From assembly GCA_022709405.1 (NCBI GenBank), contig JAKLIV010000001.1:49952-113951 (forward strand): a DNA stretch of 64,000 nucleotides, in the 5' to 3' direction. The DNA comes from Spirochaetota bacterium. Lineage in GTDB: Bacteria > Spirochaetota > UBA4802 > UBA5550. The notes beneath the pieces are model-generated. The model made no database searches, was not told the origin of the DNA, and saw only the letters and a list, made by a program, of their open reading frames with translations. Positions 20,312 through 29,283 of the stretch are shown here, in pieces. Each line of letters opens with the position of its first letter. The stretch's first letter is position 1. The translations under genes and the position numbers were made by a program.

Positions 20312-20456
20312 GCTGCAACAATATGTATTTAATTATGTGGTTACTATTAAATCGTCAGATCGAGGAAATTTTAATTCTCTAAATCTGCAAAAGATATTTA
20401 CATTACCTCAAAGAAGGTGACCTCTGCATTACAGATGAGCCCTGAGCTGTTGCGAA

Positions 20457-21377
20457 TCACATAGTTTTATCTATCAGCCAATCAACCAATCCATATTTTA
20501 CTACATTTTTTGCAATTTCTGAAATAGACCATATCTCAACATCTTTATCCTGTAGTAATGATGAATCACTGAGGTCATCGCTAATAGTATGAACGATATA
20601 ATATAATCTCCGGAAATTTTCATTATCAAATTTGTCTACATATTCGATAAATTGATCTTTTGAGCTGGATGATTTAATTTGAACCTGATATAAATCTTCG
20701 GTAATAGGGTCAATTAATTCAAGATCAACAAATTTCATGGATTCTCCTAAAACAGATATTCGCTGCCAACCTGTCTCACGAAACATAAGGTCAATTAAGA
20801 GCTCAAAATCTTTCCAATGTAAATTTTTAATTATGGCCTCAATTGTTTTTTCAAGATTTATCTTTGCTGTATTAAGTAATATTGCATCTTCACTTATTTG
20901 GTGATTTAACAATCTGTGTAAAGTATTGAAATCATGTATCTTGCATAATGTACCTGAAAATCTTTGAGTTTTAGTGATATTTCCAGATATTCTATTTATA
21001 TAAAGCAAATTACCATCGATATCCTTACTACTCCATGAACCTTTAACTCTCCTGAACTTTGATATTTTATCTTCTTCAATATCAACTTCAGATGAAGGAA
21101 TACACCAGTATAACATCGAATTTTCAAAAGTTATGAATACTGTTTTTTCATCAGCAGTAATAATTCTTTTTAATGCATTAAAATCTCTGGTTGCCGAACC
21201 ATCATCCTTTGAGGTTAACCTGTTTATTTTATATATTTCATCCCAATCATTATTCTTAATTAAATTAATTGGAATATTTGACCAGCCAATACGAATTAAA
21301 TTATTTTCTAGACTGTTTGAAGCCCATTTGCTATGTGAACCGAGTTTAATATAATATGCTTTCTTAAAATCAATCAT
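20457..21377 (-). CDS. Mrr-like (PD-(D/E)XK) restriction endonuclease with uncharacterised N-terminal domain
   Basis: The C-terminal half 'HWKDFELLIDLMFRETGW...FVDLELIDP...YQVQIKSS' resembles the Mrr_cat D..ExK core. RBS GAGGTG upstream. Confidence 0.6.
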   Translation of the reverse strand: MIDFKKAYYIKLGSHSKWASNSLENNLIRIGWSNIPINLIKNNDWDEIYKINRLTSKDDGSATRDFNALKRIITADEKTVFITFENSMLYWCIPSSEVDIEEDKISKFRRVKGSWSSKDIDGNLLYINRISGNITKTQRFSGTLCKIHDFNTLHRLLNHQISEDAILLNTAKINLEKTIEAIIKNLHWKDFELLIDLMFRETGWQRISVLGESMKFVDLELIDPITEDLYQVQIKSSSSKDQFIEYVDKFDNENFRRLYYIVHTISDDLSDSSLLQDKDVEIWSISEIAKNVVKYGLVDWLIDKTM

Positions 21378-21409
21378 TTAATACACCTCAATTATTGATA
21401 AAAAAATTT

Positions 21410-21421
21410 GAACGAGCTATA
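21410..21421. repeat. left arm of a 12-bp perfect inverted repeat (GAACGAGCTATA) flanking the 62-aa ORF
   Basis: GAACGAGCTATA at 21410..21421. Its reverse complement TATAGCTCGTTC is at 21653..21664. Similarity extends into the adjacent A/T run. Confidence 0.7.
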
Positions 21422-21436
21422 TAAAATGAGACTTTA

Positions 21437-21625
21437 CTACCCTTTAAACCATGAAGGCGGTTTTGATGATGATGTTGGTGAATATACCCAGGTAACTTTA
21501 CATCCCGGATAACGTTTTTGTACAAGTTCTTTTACTTTACTTTGAGATGAACCATTAATTTCTTCATATTGATTATCCGAACTGGAACCACTATCGACTC
21601 GATAACAACAATAATAATTTGACAT
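21437..21625 (-). CDS. small hypothetical protein (62 aa)
   Basis: ATG preceded by AGGAGA plus 5 nt. Lies between the DUF2779 gene and the Mrr-like gene on the same strand. No motif recognised. Confidence 0.45.
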   Translation of the reverse strand: MSNYYCCYRVDSGSSSDNQYEEINGSSQSKVKELVQKRYPGCKVTWVYSPTSSSKPPSWFKG

Positions 21626-21652
21626 TGATTTCTCCTGTAATAATGATTTTAT

Positions 21653-21664
21653 TTATAGCTCGTT
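21653..21664. repeat. right arm of the 12-bp inverted repeat flanking the 62-aa ORF
   Basis: TATAGCTCGTTC at 21653..21664, immediately 3' of the DUF2779 stop codon on the minus strand. Confidence 0.7.
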
Positions 21665-21667
21665 CTT

Positions 21668-23656
21668 TTATTTTCCATTACACTCGTTAACCCAATGTTC
21701 ATAAATCATCACCATGGCAAACGTATCAAGCTCGCAATAACGGAGCAGAGCGGCGACGATCTGTTTTCTCTCAACTTCACTCATCTCACTGAACTGCATT
21801 CTGGCATAGGCCATCATGGCTGCACCGCCGTCGGCGATATTCTTGTCGGTCACAAAGCGTTCAAGGAGCTCATCGTCAATGCCGTCAAATACGGGCGGAA
21901 GGGTCTTGTAGGGATCCTTGACCTGGCTACCATTAAACTCGATCCAGACTTTATCGCGATAATTGAGGCTTGGAATACCGTCTGCTGAACCGTAGATCGG
22001 ACAAGAATACTTCTGCTTGAGGTAATCGCTCTCGTTGAGGACCGCGGGAAGCACCTTCTTGATGGAATTCGAACCGCCCATATTGGGACTATAGTAAAAA
22101 TCAAGTACCAGCTGGCGCATGTCAATCATGGTGCGGGGAGAGTCCCACACGATCTTGCTAGCGTTTTTTTTCGTCGTAATTGATTCTATGAATGCCATGA
22201 GCTCATCGCGGTCAGGGACCTGATCGGCTGTCTCGGCCTCGAGCTGGTCGTGTATCTGGTTGAGCACGGTGTTTTCATGGGCGGCATAGCGAAATATCGT
22301 GCCATTGTCGTTTTCAAGCTCTTTCTTGAGATGACGGAGAAAGTCATAGTTGGGAAACATGCCCTGGCTGCGGTTGATGTACTCACCAGCGTGAGCGATC
22401 GTACCATCTTCTTGAACGGTATGGTGGGAAAACTGAAACGCGATAACCTCGTAGGGCCTGCGGCCGCTGTTGAAGGGGATGGCGACCATGGAGGTTTCAA
22501 AATCAATAAAGTGCAGGGGATATTTCCATGATTTCATGGCACGTTCAAGACCACCTCTGTCGAGGTAGGGAGACGGGTCTTTTTTCTGGATCTTCTCGAC
22601 CTGGAGCCACTGGCGCTCTGATGAAGACAGGCCGGGGCCATCTGAGGATGTAATATTCATGTCATTTTCAGTAACGTCGGATATAAACAGCTTCTCATTT
22701 TCAAGCAGATCATCTTTGCGGCGAAAATTCCAGATATCAAGTATCATCGGTTTGTTAAAGTCAGCATCATCGAGACCGAAAGCTTCTTTCCAGCATTCCT
22801 TGAATCCTGAAAGAAATCCCTTGGCCTCATCATCACTGGTCGCGTTAAATTCACAATCCTTGCAGAAAGCGCCTGGTTTGGTAACTATCTTTTCGTCACG
22901 GGCATACATGTCGGAAAATAAACGGACCCTTTCAATAAAGGACATATCGGGAGGTTTGTTCGTGTCAGAGCCTTCATAGATCATTTCAGCCGCGTGGTCT
23001 GCCGATACCTTCACCAGTATTGTATCGCCCAGGCTGTCTGGATCGCAGGGGCCGTTCAGTTTTACACCGGTCCTGCCTCTTTTGTCCTTGACCAGCATGA
23101 ACCGCTGGTTGAGGCCGTCGACGCTCGCGCATGAGTTCTTGCTTGCAAGCATGAGGAAAGAACGTACGTGAAAATCAGGACGCGCATGGGTCAGAACATA
23201 CTTCTGAAAGGCAACATCATACAGGTACGGGGACCAGGCGCTTGCTATGTACCCCTTTGAACCAAGAAAATCAGCGTCTTTTTCAGCGTCGTATGACTTT
23301 GCCTTGACCTCGATGAGATCAACGCTGTTGCCGTCCTTGACGATGACATCGGCTCGAACGAAAAGGTTCTCGAACCGGAACGCGGCCTCATAAATGATGA
23401 CTTTATCACGCTCAAGCAGTTTATTCGTCTGCTCAAGAGACTTTTCGAAATCAAGCTCATCGATATTGACGCCGCCCGGATGGTAGAGCTTGGCGAGCTC
23501 GCCCACCTGGAAACCTCCCTCGGCAAGGGCCTCAAGAAAGGGGTCATCTATTTTATTATCCTTATACTCCTTTTTTTTACCGGTGTAATACAGCTTTGCC
23601 GGGCACTCGCACGCGAGCTTGAAACGGGATTTGGTCAGGTAGCGGGGCAGGGACAT
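21668..23656 (-). CDS. DUF2779-type protein (Cas4-like PD-(D/E)XK + DEDD-like exonuclease), second paralogue
   Basis: 'LTKSRFKLACECPAKLYY' start, 'ADVIVKDGNSVDLIEVKAKS' (D..ExK), 'HFIDFETSMVAIPF' (DxE), 'YCELDTFAMVMIY' near the C-terminus. Same motif order as 531..2216. Confidence 0.75.
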   Translation of the reverse strand: MSLPRYLTKSRFKLACECPAKLYYTGKKKEYKDNKIDDPFLEALAEGGFQVGELAKLYHPGGVNIDELDFEKSLEQTNKLLERDKVIIYEAAFRFENLFVRADVIVKDGNSVDLIEVKAKSYDAEKDADFLGSKGYIASAWSPYLYDVAFQKYVLTHARPDFHVRSFLMLASKNSCASVDGLNQRFMLVKDKRGRTGVKLNGPCDPDSLGDTILVKVSADHAAEMIYEGSDTNKPPDMSFIERVRLFSDMYARDEKIVTKPGAFCKDCEFNATSDDEAKGFLSGFKECWKEAFGLDDADFNKPMILDIWNFRRKDDLLENEKLFISDVTENDMNITSSDGPGLSSSERQWLQVEKIQKKDPSPYLDRGGLERAMKSWKYPLHFIDFETSMVAIPFNSGRRPYEVIAFQFSHHTVQEDGTIAHAGEYINRSQGMFPNYDFLRHLKKELENDNGTIFRYAAHENTVLNQIHDQLEAETADQVPDRDELMAFIESITTKKNASKIVWDSPRTMIDMRQLVLDFYYSPNMGGSNSIKKVLPAVLNESDYLKQKYSCPIYGSADGIPSLNYRDKVWIEFNGSQVKDPYKTLPPVFDGIDDELLERFVTDKNIADGGAAMMAYARMQFSEMSEVERKQIVAALLRYCELDTFAMVMIYEHWVNECNGK

Positions 23657-23938
23657 TGGTTTACCTTCGCATATGTGAGTATTTAATTAGCTTATCAATG
23701 AAGAAATACGTTTTGTCCACTTCTATTTTATGTGCCGGCGTCAAGATCATTAATAATAATCATGGACAGTCATGTGGTATGTTTATTCACCTCCTGGATG
23801 TATATTGACTGATTGGCATTGCGTGAAAAATCCGAAAATACTGCCGACTATACTGGAACATGCAATCATATTCATACGTCACCGACTTTGCGAATTGATC
23901 CAATCAATGAATACTGAAATTATAATGGGAGGCCGTTT

Positions 23939-24568
23939 ATGACGGATATAAAAGTAAAATACACCGGTAACGCAAACAACGACAAAGATATACCCATCAA
24001 ATGCTGTAAGGATGGGTCCATGGCCGCCGGTGTGGTTCGAGTACTTTCAAGATTCATCATTAAAGTAACGATGACGGAACCGTACCCAGGGGTGGTGTTT
24101 ACTTTAATGTCAAGGGAAAAGGGCCTTGCAGCATGGAATCAACTGTCAAAATACGGCAGATCAGCAGCTGAAGACATACTGGTGCGGATAGAACGAGCAG
24201 GTAAAATACTTGCAAGGCAACGGACCGAGACTGAAAAGCATCTCGAGCGGTTCATGGAGGCGCGTATACTGGAAGAATCGCGGAAAGAAAAATTAAAACA
24301 GGCTGAAGAACTTCTTGAGAATTCCCATGACACAGACGAGAGGATACGACTTTGCGCGGAAATCAACGACAACTGCATGACAACAAAAATCGAGTACGAA
24401 TATATAAACGGGTTATGGAAATACGTTCAGGACATCGTTGGAGTTATTCGCGACCGGAAATCATGCTATATTTATAATGATTCATGCCATCTCCTGGCCA
24501 GGTACGCACTTGAACAGGTTATTTCAACTGAGGACCTGAAGGGTGAAAACAGGCATGATCGTGCCTGA
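23939..24568 (+). CDS. hypothetical protein (209 aa)
   Basis: ORF with GGGAGG RBS upstream. Charged, probably coiled-coil centre. No motif recognised. Confidence 0.45.
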   Translation: MTDIKVKYTGNANNDKDIPIKCCKDGSMAAGVVRVLSRFIIKVTMTEPYPGVVFTLMSREKGLAAWNQLSKYGRSAAEDILVRIERAGKILARQRTETEKHLERFMEARILEESRKEKLKQAEELLENSHDTDERIRLCAEINDNCMTTKIEYEYINGLWKYVQDIVGVIRDRKSCYIYNDSCHLLARYALEQVISTEDLKGENRHDRA

Positions 24569-24638
24569 ATATCAACATGTTGCATAGAAATGTCATATAA
24601 CTTAAATGGTATCATGGGTATTGAGGATAAAAATTTAA

Positions 24639-24666
24639 TTGACAATGACGATTTTTGCAGTATAAT
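24639..24666 (+). promoter_or_regulatory. near-consensus sigma70-type promoter (TTGACA-16 nt-TATAAT)
   Basis: TTGACA at 24639..24644, 16-nt spacer, TATAAT at 24661..24666. It lies inside the ORF-track N-terminus of the WYL gene, 35 nt upstream of an in-frame ATG at 24701. Confidence 0.5.
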
Positions 24667-24700
24667 ACTGCGAAAACCCCGCCAATACAAGGACATACTC

Positions 24701-25636
24701 ATGATAAACCCCAAGGCCAACTACGAAACCGTCAGGAGGACCCTTCATGTGCTCGCGCTTTTGCAGAACATCGATGACCCAATGAACGTCAACGCAACAA
24801 ATTTTTCAGAATACATGACCGAGGAAGCATTGCATTTGTACCCGAATAATGATGATATTGACGTTGACCAAAAATCAATTACACGCATGGCCGATAGCCA
24901 CCTGATAGAAGAATACAAATTAAATATTGAGAAACCCCAGGGATCCCGAAAATGGAAACTGGCAGAACCGCTGTCGCGACAATTATCACCTGATGAAATA
25001 AAATGGATTGCCCACCTGTATTTGAACTACGTTGTCCACGACTCGGCGCGTGACATGGTCATAGACGTGATGATGAAAGAGCAGCCCGACATTTTTCTGT
25101 GGGTGCTCGCCCGCCTGTACTTTGCATCGATCATGAAACAGAAAGTAATCGTCGAGTACCTTAAAAGCGGCTCGGATGAGCCGAAAGAATATACCATTCA
25201 TCCGTATCACCTGGTTTTCAGGGAAAACGAGCTCTATATAATTCTGTTGGATGAAAATCGCGGAATTGTTAAACACTTTGCGGTGTATAGAATTAAAAAT
25301 CTAAAAATAAAGGATGATAGTTTTCAAGAGAAAGGACCTTCAGCAGAAGAGTATTTCAAAGACGTATTCGGCGCTTATACGGGAGAGCAAACTTACGAGG
25401 TAAAATTGAAAGTCAAAGATGATATTGTTGAAACAGTTGCTAATGTATTGAGCAACCTCAATCTAAAGATTGAAAAACAAAATGACGGTTCATCATTGTT
25501 TACTTTCAAGAATCGCGATCCTCGTTCGTTATGTAAACAGCTTTTTTTCTATGGAAAGAAGGTGGAGATACTTGGGTCGAATGAGGTTAGAAAAATTATG
25601 AAAGAAATGATTAATGATGTTAGTGGAATATATTGA
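24701..25636 (+). CDS. WYL-domain transcriptional regulator (HTH + WYL + C-terminal extension)
   Basis: 'YETVRRTLHVLALLQN' is an HTH-like N-terminus. 'YTIHPYHLVFRENELYIILLDENRGIVKHFAVYRIKNL' is the WYL core. Start moved from 24590 to 24701 because of the internal consensus promoter; 24590 remains possible. Confidence 0.7.
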   Translation: MINPKANYETVRRTLHVLALLQNIDDPMNVNATNFSEYMTEEALHLYPNNDDIDVDQKSITRMADSHLIEEYKLNIEKPQGSRKWKLAEPLSRQLSPDEIKWIAHLYLNYVVHDSARDMVIDVMMKEQPDIFLWVLARLYFASIMKQKVIVEYLKSGSDEPKEYTIHPYHLVFRENELYIILLDENRGIVKHFAVYRIKNLKIKDDSFQEKGPSAEEYFKDVFGAYTGEQTYEVKLKVKDDIVETVANVLSNLNLKIEKQNDGSSLFTFKNRDPRSLCKQLFFYGKKVEILGSNEVRKIMKEMINDVSGIY

Positions 25637-25668
25637 CCAGCATCAATCATTAAATAAAAGGTGATTTA

Positions 25669-26838
25669 ATGAAATTATATGAATTGTACCCTGTATTAAA
25701 AGATGGAGTCGATACACTATTCACTCAAAGAGATAGTTCACTTGAGCAATATTTAACTGAACTGGGTCAGATAGCACAAGTAAATGCAAGAATAAATGGA
25801 AATAAAAAATTTACAAATCAGGAATGTTTTAAAGGATTTGCACTTTCAATATTTTCATCACCTACCAAATGGTCGACTATAAAACAAAATCTCGATTTAC
25901 TGAATTGTTTATTTTTTAACGTCGATATAAGTGAGCTTGCTAGATATTCCAGACAAGAGATTTTCGAAGTATCAGAGCAATTGGTTAATGCTGGTATAAA
26001 ACAGTATATTAACAAAAAGCTTGATTTTATATTTGGTTTTTGCAAAACAATTAACAACTACAAATCAGATGGTACCGAACTGTTTAATGAGTATAATAAA
26101 TTATATGCTGATGGAACTATCAATGATAAACTAAACCTAATAAATAGGCTAATGAAAATTCGGGGGCTAGGAATACCTTTAGCAGCTGAGTATATGAAGA
26201 ATATTGGTTTTGATATTGCAAAGCCTGATAGACATATAATGCGTATTTTAAGTAAAGACAGGTTGAATCAAGGAGCATGGAGGACTAAAAATAGCAACGA
26301 AGAATATACAAAATGTGAATTATTTAGTGCAATCGAAATAATATCGGATACAGCATCAAATTTAAAAATACTTAATACAGAAATTGATAATGTTCTATGG
26401 CTTTATTGTGCTAAGGACTATTGTGAGATTTGTGAGTCAAAACCACAATGCGATCGATGCTCAGATAAACTTAGAGATAATTGTTTTTATAACAAATATT
26501 CTACACATAATGCAACTCAATTAAATAATAGAAAAGTATCTACTAGGAGAAACAGAATGAAAAAATCAAATGAATTTATGGGAAGTATTTCTTCTTCAGG
26601 TACAGGGTATAACAGATTAAAAATATATGAACCATATCAAAATCTATTTGAACCTGGAAGAACTTATAATGTTCATTTCGGTAACGAATCAGTACAAGGA
26701 AGTTTTAGCGAAGGGTATTTTGAAATGGACAATAATAGCTTTCAAAGATGGAGTAATAATACATTGTCATATGTAGCTATTGATCCAGGCCCGTTAAGAA
26801 ATAGGATTGTTAAAATAATTTGTATAACTCCACAATAA
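25669..26838 (+). CDS. HhH / Fe-S cluster loop protein, EndoIII/MutY-superfamily DNA glycosylase-like, with extra ~110-aa C-terminal region
   Basis: HhH-like 'LMKIRGLGIPLAAEYM' is followed by 'KPDRHIMRIL' (compare VDTHxxRV with the catalytic Asp). Cys cluster 'CESKPQCDRCSDKLRDNC' is C-x5-C-x2-C-x7-C. RBS AAGGTG. Confidence 0.6.
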   Translation: MKLYELYPVLKDGVDTLFTQRDSSLEQYLTELGQIAQVNARINGNKKFTNQECFKGFALSIFSSPTKWSTIKQNLDLLNCLFFNVDISELARYSRQEIFEVSEQLVNAGIKQYINKKLDFIFGFCKTINNYKSDGTELFNEYNKLYADGTINDKLNLINRLMKIRGLGIPLAAEYMKNIGFDIAKPDRHIMRILSKDRLNQGAWRTKNSNEEYTKCELFSAIEIISDTASNLKILNTEIDNVLWLYCAKDYCEICESKPQCDRCSDKLRDNCFYNKYSTHNATQLNNRKVSTRRNRMKKSNEFMGSISSSGTGYNRLKIYEPYQNLFEPGRTYNVHFGNESVQGSFSEGYFEMDNNSFQRWSNNTLSYVAIDPGPLRNRIVKIICITPQ

Positions 26839-26966
26839 AACTAATATAGTCAATTTCATGTAAATTCCTTTGGTATATCTTTTGAATAATAGTTGGGATA
26901 ATCTATGTGAAAATATGAATCATTCTGAAATGAATTTTTTTCAAATAAATAACTAATGAGGTTCAT

Positions 26967-27197
26967 ATGCCATTAAGAGAAGATATTATTAATGCAGCTC
27001 GTTGTAGGGGTATTGACCCCTACAACGACCCATTTACGCCTGCTGATCTTGGTTTGAATGCAAGTGATTATGGTTCTTTCGCTGATTATTGTGACCCAGA
27101 AGATGCAGAATCTGGGCAATATAATCCAAATGTAATATTAAAGGTAGCTAAAAGGAAAAGGAACAATAGACCCTGGAAATACCTGCTAATTTCATAG
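26967..27197 (+). CDS. small hypothetical protein (76 aa)
   Basis: ORF with GAGG-like RBS; acidic; no motif recognised. Confidence 0.35.
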   Translation: MPLREDIINAARCRGIDPYNDPFTPADLGLNASDYGSFADYCDPEDAESGQYNPNVILKVAKRKRNNRPWKYLLIS

Positions 27198-27281
27198 ACC
27201 TTCGATGGGTATCTATATATAGTACCTTTTATTATCTGATAGCTTTAAAATATTAATAGATATAAGGAAGGGTAAACAACA

Positions 27282-27998
27282 ATGTTTGATGCGCTGTATG
27301 TATTATTCACCCCTGTCGCGTTTATTCTTATCTTTGCGGGTTTTATTCTTATAAGAGTAGCAAAAGGATGGGATAGATTTAATTTCAATGGGCCATCTGT
27401 CAGTATCACAGACTTCAGTATTAATGGTGATGCAGGCGAAATACTTTTTGAGATAAAGGGACGCGTGAGCGGCCTGCTCAGTTTTATCTTTGACAAATTA
27501 AAGCTTGAAACAGAGTACCGTGTCTATGCTGATGGTGAAGGGTATTATTATGATTTCATGACGCCAATTTCGAAACTCAAGGAATTTACCCCGTATCATC
27601 AAATTGCAGGGACAGCGGTTGGTTTTTCACGGAACACGTTCTGGTTAAAAATCGGAATCATAATTGTATTGTCATTTTTATATTACCTGTATTATTTAAT
27701 AAAAAAAGCGGCGACTTCATCAGGGTTTTTGGAGGAGGAAGTTTCGGTTGCTTTCCCCATATTCATTATTTTCCTCTTTATCGTTGCCGTGGCATCATGC
27801 ATTGCTGGTTTCATATATTCAAAGCGGATTGTACTGCTTGTTGAAAGCAGCGGGTCCTTGCCGGTATGGATTAAGTTTTCAGAAAGCATTCTTGAAAGAA
27901 AAAACATCAAGATGTCTGATCTTGATAGAATAACAAATATTATTAATTCGAAAGTAAATCACCACTTCAATCGAGAAGTGCAATTTTTAAGAAAATAG
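27282..27998 (+). CDS. membrane protein, paralogue A of duplicated family
   Basis: N-terminal TM, then 'GWDRFNFNGPSVSITDF...FEIKGRVSGLL', two more hydrophobic segments, and 'CIAGFIYSKRIVLLVESSGSLPVWIKFSES', which is identical in 30317..30988. Confidence 0.7.
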   Translation: MFDALYVLFTPVAFILIFAGFILIRVAKGWDRFNFNGPSVSITDFSINGDAGEILFEIKGRVSGLLSFIFDKLKLETEYRVYADGEGYYYDFMTPISKLKEFTPYHQIAGTAVGFSRNTFWLKIGIIIVLSFLYYLYYLIKKAATSSGFLEEEVSVAFPIFIIFLFIVAVASCIAGFIYSKRIVLLVESSGSLPVWIKFSESILERKNIKMSDLDRITNIINSKVNHHFNREVQFLRK

Positions 27999-27999
27999 T

Positions 28000-29090
28000 A
28001 GTTTAGAAAAGAGGGCAATCTCCTAAGGTTGAGTCACCACAACCAAACCAGAAGGAGAAAGCCTCTTTATGAAGAAAGTAAAGAATACCCGGATAAAAGT
28101 CTACAAACATTTGCAGAATCATGAACGAGATGAAATTGCATATATGCTAGGACAAGGCTTTCGTCAGGTGGAAATAGCTGCCAGACTTGGTAGACACCCA
28201 TCGAGTTTGTCCAGAGAAATTAAAAGAAATGGTTCTTCGATTCGTGAAACTCGATATCGGGCAAACAGAGCCCAATTAAAGGCAGATGAAAGAAAACGAC
28301 TTTCTCATAAAAAAATGCGATTGAAGAACGATACAATCAGAAATTATGTGATCGAGAAACTTTCATTTGATCACACGCCGGAACAAATTGCCGGGCGAAT
28401 TCGTATAGAAAAACCTGGTTACACGACAAATTATGAATCTATTTATCTATTCATATATAATGAACGACCTGATTTGACTGAATATCTTGTCCGAGGAAAG
28501 CGGAAACGTCATAAAAGATCAATAAAACCGGGGAAAAGGATCGTTAAAATAGCCAATCGAACGATGATCAATGAAAGGCCCAAGAAAATCAATGAACGAT
28601 TGGAATATGGTCACTGGGAAGCGGATACAATCGTTTCACGACAAAGTAAGAGTGCTTTAGTCGTAGTGAGAGAACGAAAACTTCAACTTATGTTTATACG
28701 TAAAATTCCAAGAAAGAATGCAAAAAATATGAGGGATGCTGTTATCAGCATATTGGAGAAATTCCCCAAAAGGTTTTGCCGTTCAATTACTTTTGATAAC
28801 GGTCTTGAGAACGCCGATCATGAATTGATTTCAAGAAAACTGAAAGTAAAAACCTATTTTTGTAATCCATATCATAGCTGGGAAAAAGGCGGTGTTGAAA
28901 ACGGTATTGGTCTTGTAAGAAGATATTACCCGAAGAAAACAGATTTTTCATTGATTTCTAGTCAGGAGATTTATCAAATTGAGAAAAGGTTGAACAACCG
29001 GCCGAGAAAAACTCTTGGATTTCTGACTCCGTTAGAAGTTTATAAAAATTGCGCTTAGTCATTGAACGCGGGAATGAAAAAATGGAAAAA
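28000..29090 (+). mobile_element. IS30-family insertion sequence (approximate ends)
   Basis: Contains the transposase gene 28069..29058. Ends were inferred only from where similarity to the paralogous intergenic region (after 30988) is interrupted and resumes (~29095 'atttcacaacatg' vs 'atttctgcaacatg'). Terminal inverted repeats were not identified. Confidence 0.55.
28069..29058 (+). CDS. IS30-family DDE transposase
   Basis: N-terminal HTH 'ERDEIAYMLGQGFRQVEIAARLGRHPSSLSREIKRN'. DDE triad context: 'GHWEADTI', 'ITFDNGLEN', 'PYHSWEKGGVENGIGLVRRY'. Confidence 0.9.
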   Translation: MKKVKNTRIKVYKHLQNHERDEIAYMLGQGFRQVEIAARLGRHPSSLSREIKRNGSSIRETRYRANRAQLKADERKRLSHKKMRLKNDTIRNYVIEKLSFDHTPEQIAGRIRIEKPGYTTNYESIYLFIYNERPDLTEYLVRGKRKRHKRSIKPGKRIVKIANRTMINERPKKINERLEYGHWEADTIVSRQSKSALVVVRERKLQLMFIRKIPRKNAKNMRDAVISILEKFPKRFCRSITFDNGLENADHELISRKLKVKTYFCNPYHSWEKGGVENGIGLVRRYYPKKTDFSLISSQEIYQIEKRLNNRPRKTLGFLTPLEVYKNCA

Positions 29091-29283
29091 ATTAATAATA
29101 TTTCACAACATGTCAGCTGACGGGATATCTTTACTACCTCAATAGTTGTATTTTAACCATAATAAGATGCTGCGGCTTAATAATGAAGTCGCAGCATTGA
29201 TGATCTTTTAGGAAAAAATTATTACAACATGGAATGTGGCTGGGTATTCACCTAGCATATATTCTTGTATTGTTTAATTAACG

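Noticed and set aside
28000-29090. Terminal inverted repeats and target-site duplication of the IS30 element
   Set aside because: I could not align the sequence after 27998 with the reverse complement of the sequence after 29058. The ends are therefore only approximate.
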